A DNA stretch of 63,985 nt, counting the filler, from Octopus bimaculoides (taxonomy: Eukaryota): NCBI RefSeq assembly GCF_001194135.2. It is 5 parts of 5 records of this genome, joined end to end, with 100 filler letters (N's around TTAATTAATTAA, not from the genome) between each part and the next. Parts side by side here need not be neighbours in the genome. Positions count along the whole stretch, not along the records: positions 53,818 to 62,570 come from NC_068982.1; positions 62,671 to 63,985 come from NW_026357298.1; 3 more parts are not named here. One strand, written 5' to 3'. The notes under the pieces are model-generated. The model was not told the origin of the DNA, searched no databases, and saw only the letters and a list, made by a program, of their open reading frames with translations. Numbering within the stretch: the stretch's first letter is position 1; each line of letters begins with the position of its first letter. Made by a program: the position numbers and the translations under genes. Below, one piece after another: positions 62,355 to 63,985 of this stretch.

Positions 62355-62462
62355 GGCAGCGAGTTGGCAGAAACATTAGCACACTGGGCGAAATGCTTAG
62401 TGGCATTTCGTCTGTCTTTACATTCTGAGTTCAAATTCTGCTGAGGTCGATTTTGCCTTTCA
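62355..62462 (+). mobile_element. SINE family A head
   Basis: ggcagcgagttggcagaa...gagttcaaattctgc. Confidence 0.75.
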
Positions 62463-62670
62463 AAGCAGAAAAATCAGCTGCCAACATTTTCTTCATCAGA
62501 AACAGGAGACAGAGGAAAGTCCAAGAGAAAAGGAAGACTGGAAAAAATCACCAATGATCCACATGTAGTTNNNNNNNNNNNNNNNNNNNNNNNNNNNNNN
62601 NNNNNNNNNNNNNNTTAATTAATTAANNNNNNNNNNNNNNNNNNNNNNNNNNNNNNNNNNNNNNNNNNNN

Positions 62671-62702
<32 letters not shown>

Positions 62703-63985
62703 GCATATATATATATATATTTACTAACTTGTGTGCACGAGTGTGTTTGTGAGAGCATGTAGGCATGTGTAATTTTATGTGTGTGTTTGTGATAAAACCA
62801 TGAAGAGATTAAATGAAAACATTACTTACTTGGCTTTTTCTTCTGGTTCCAAATTATTGGATTCTTCCTCTTTGCAAATCAATTGTTCAATCATTTTGAC
62901 AAAGTTAATGAAGAATTCTTTCACTTTCTATTATTTCCTTCAGTTTTCTATTTTTAAAAATTATTTTTTTTTGTTTTGTTTTGTTTCGTCTGTTTTACAG
63001 TCACTTGTTTCCTATTGCAGACGTTTTCTCTCTTTCTTTCTTTTTTTGGTGTTTTTTAGCAAGTTTGTTTCTCTGATCTACTTTCAAACTTTTAAAATAA
63101 ATTCAAACTAACAAAAACAAATTACAGCCACATCTCACCTAAACATTAACATCATTATCATCATCATCAGCAACAACAACAACAGCAAAAGTGTTTTACA
63201 CTAACACAATCTATTAACCATTCAGATCTTTGAATGATATTTATCACTATTGAGACAACATCAATAAACTTTTTTTTCCATTGAATATATATCTAATCTA
63301 CTTTCTAAGTTTGTCCTCTTGTTTTACGTCTGACCTGAAACACGAAAATAAAAAGACTGCAATTAACCAACAATAAAAGTAATAAATAAATATATAAATT
63401 TATAAAATAAACCTCACCAAAAAAAGTCTATAAAAGGAAAAAAAAGTAGAAATAATCTGTTGTGTCTGCTAGTATACCAAGAGCAGATAATTCAATGGTG
63501 TAGGTTAGAAAACTAACAGCTGGTCTTTGTGTTTAAATATTTAAGTTGCCTTTCTCTTTATGTGTATGAAAATGCATAATAGTTTTATATGTATATGTAT
63601 GTGTTATTAGTCATGCATCCATAAGGCTCTTCATAATGTTTATATGAATCTGTGGTTGAAATATCGAATGAGAACTGGGTCTTGGCTTTTGGGTGTGTAT
63701 ATATATACACAGGTACTTTCTTTTTGTTAACAACTGTTAAATTTTTAAATAAATGCATGTATTCATCAATAGCTGAGTGTAGAAATAACTACATTGACCT
63801 TATGTGTGTATAATATGTGTAGCTATGTTTTTAGATATTTGTAATAGGAGAAATATGTTAATCTTAGCTTTAAAATGTATGTTTATACAGGCAAGCTTAT
63901 ATATCCATGTCTACATTACACGCGCGCACACACACACACACACACAAACAAACATTCATTCATATACATATACACACATACTTAT

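Overview
AT-rich animal genomic scaffold, dense in microsatellites and retroposons, with many N gaps. The repeat families look cephalopod/octopus-like; this is an inference from family resemblance. One protein-coding gene is recognisable: a minus-strand TJAP1/BEGAIN-family coiled-coil gene. Five phase-compatible GT-AG exons (43537-35151) give 133 aa, MSGICKECGCSC...LLESHKRLQKQNHNLEDKLL...ELEEEN. Candidate 5' exons and a CpG-rich promoter lie near 51.4-53.1 kb; the downstream exons were not found. The rest is mostly decayed mobile DNA: RTE, CR1/L2-group and R4/Dong LINEs, four tRNA-derived SINE families, a piggyBac transposase relic, mariner, hAT and Merlin-like MITEs, several foldback elements, and two distinct Penelope-like (PLE) families that both carry minimal type I hammerhead ribozymes. 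The most unusual structure is at 43.9-44.8 kb. It reconstructs as a ~0.8-kb RT-less PLE unit made of a GIY-YIG-only ORF, a tRNA-derived Pol III promoter, a hammerhead and a fixed 3' tail. Almost all ORFs in the supplied track are artefacts of simple repeats and N runs. All calls were made by eye, with no database searches.
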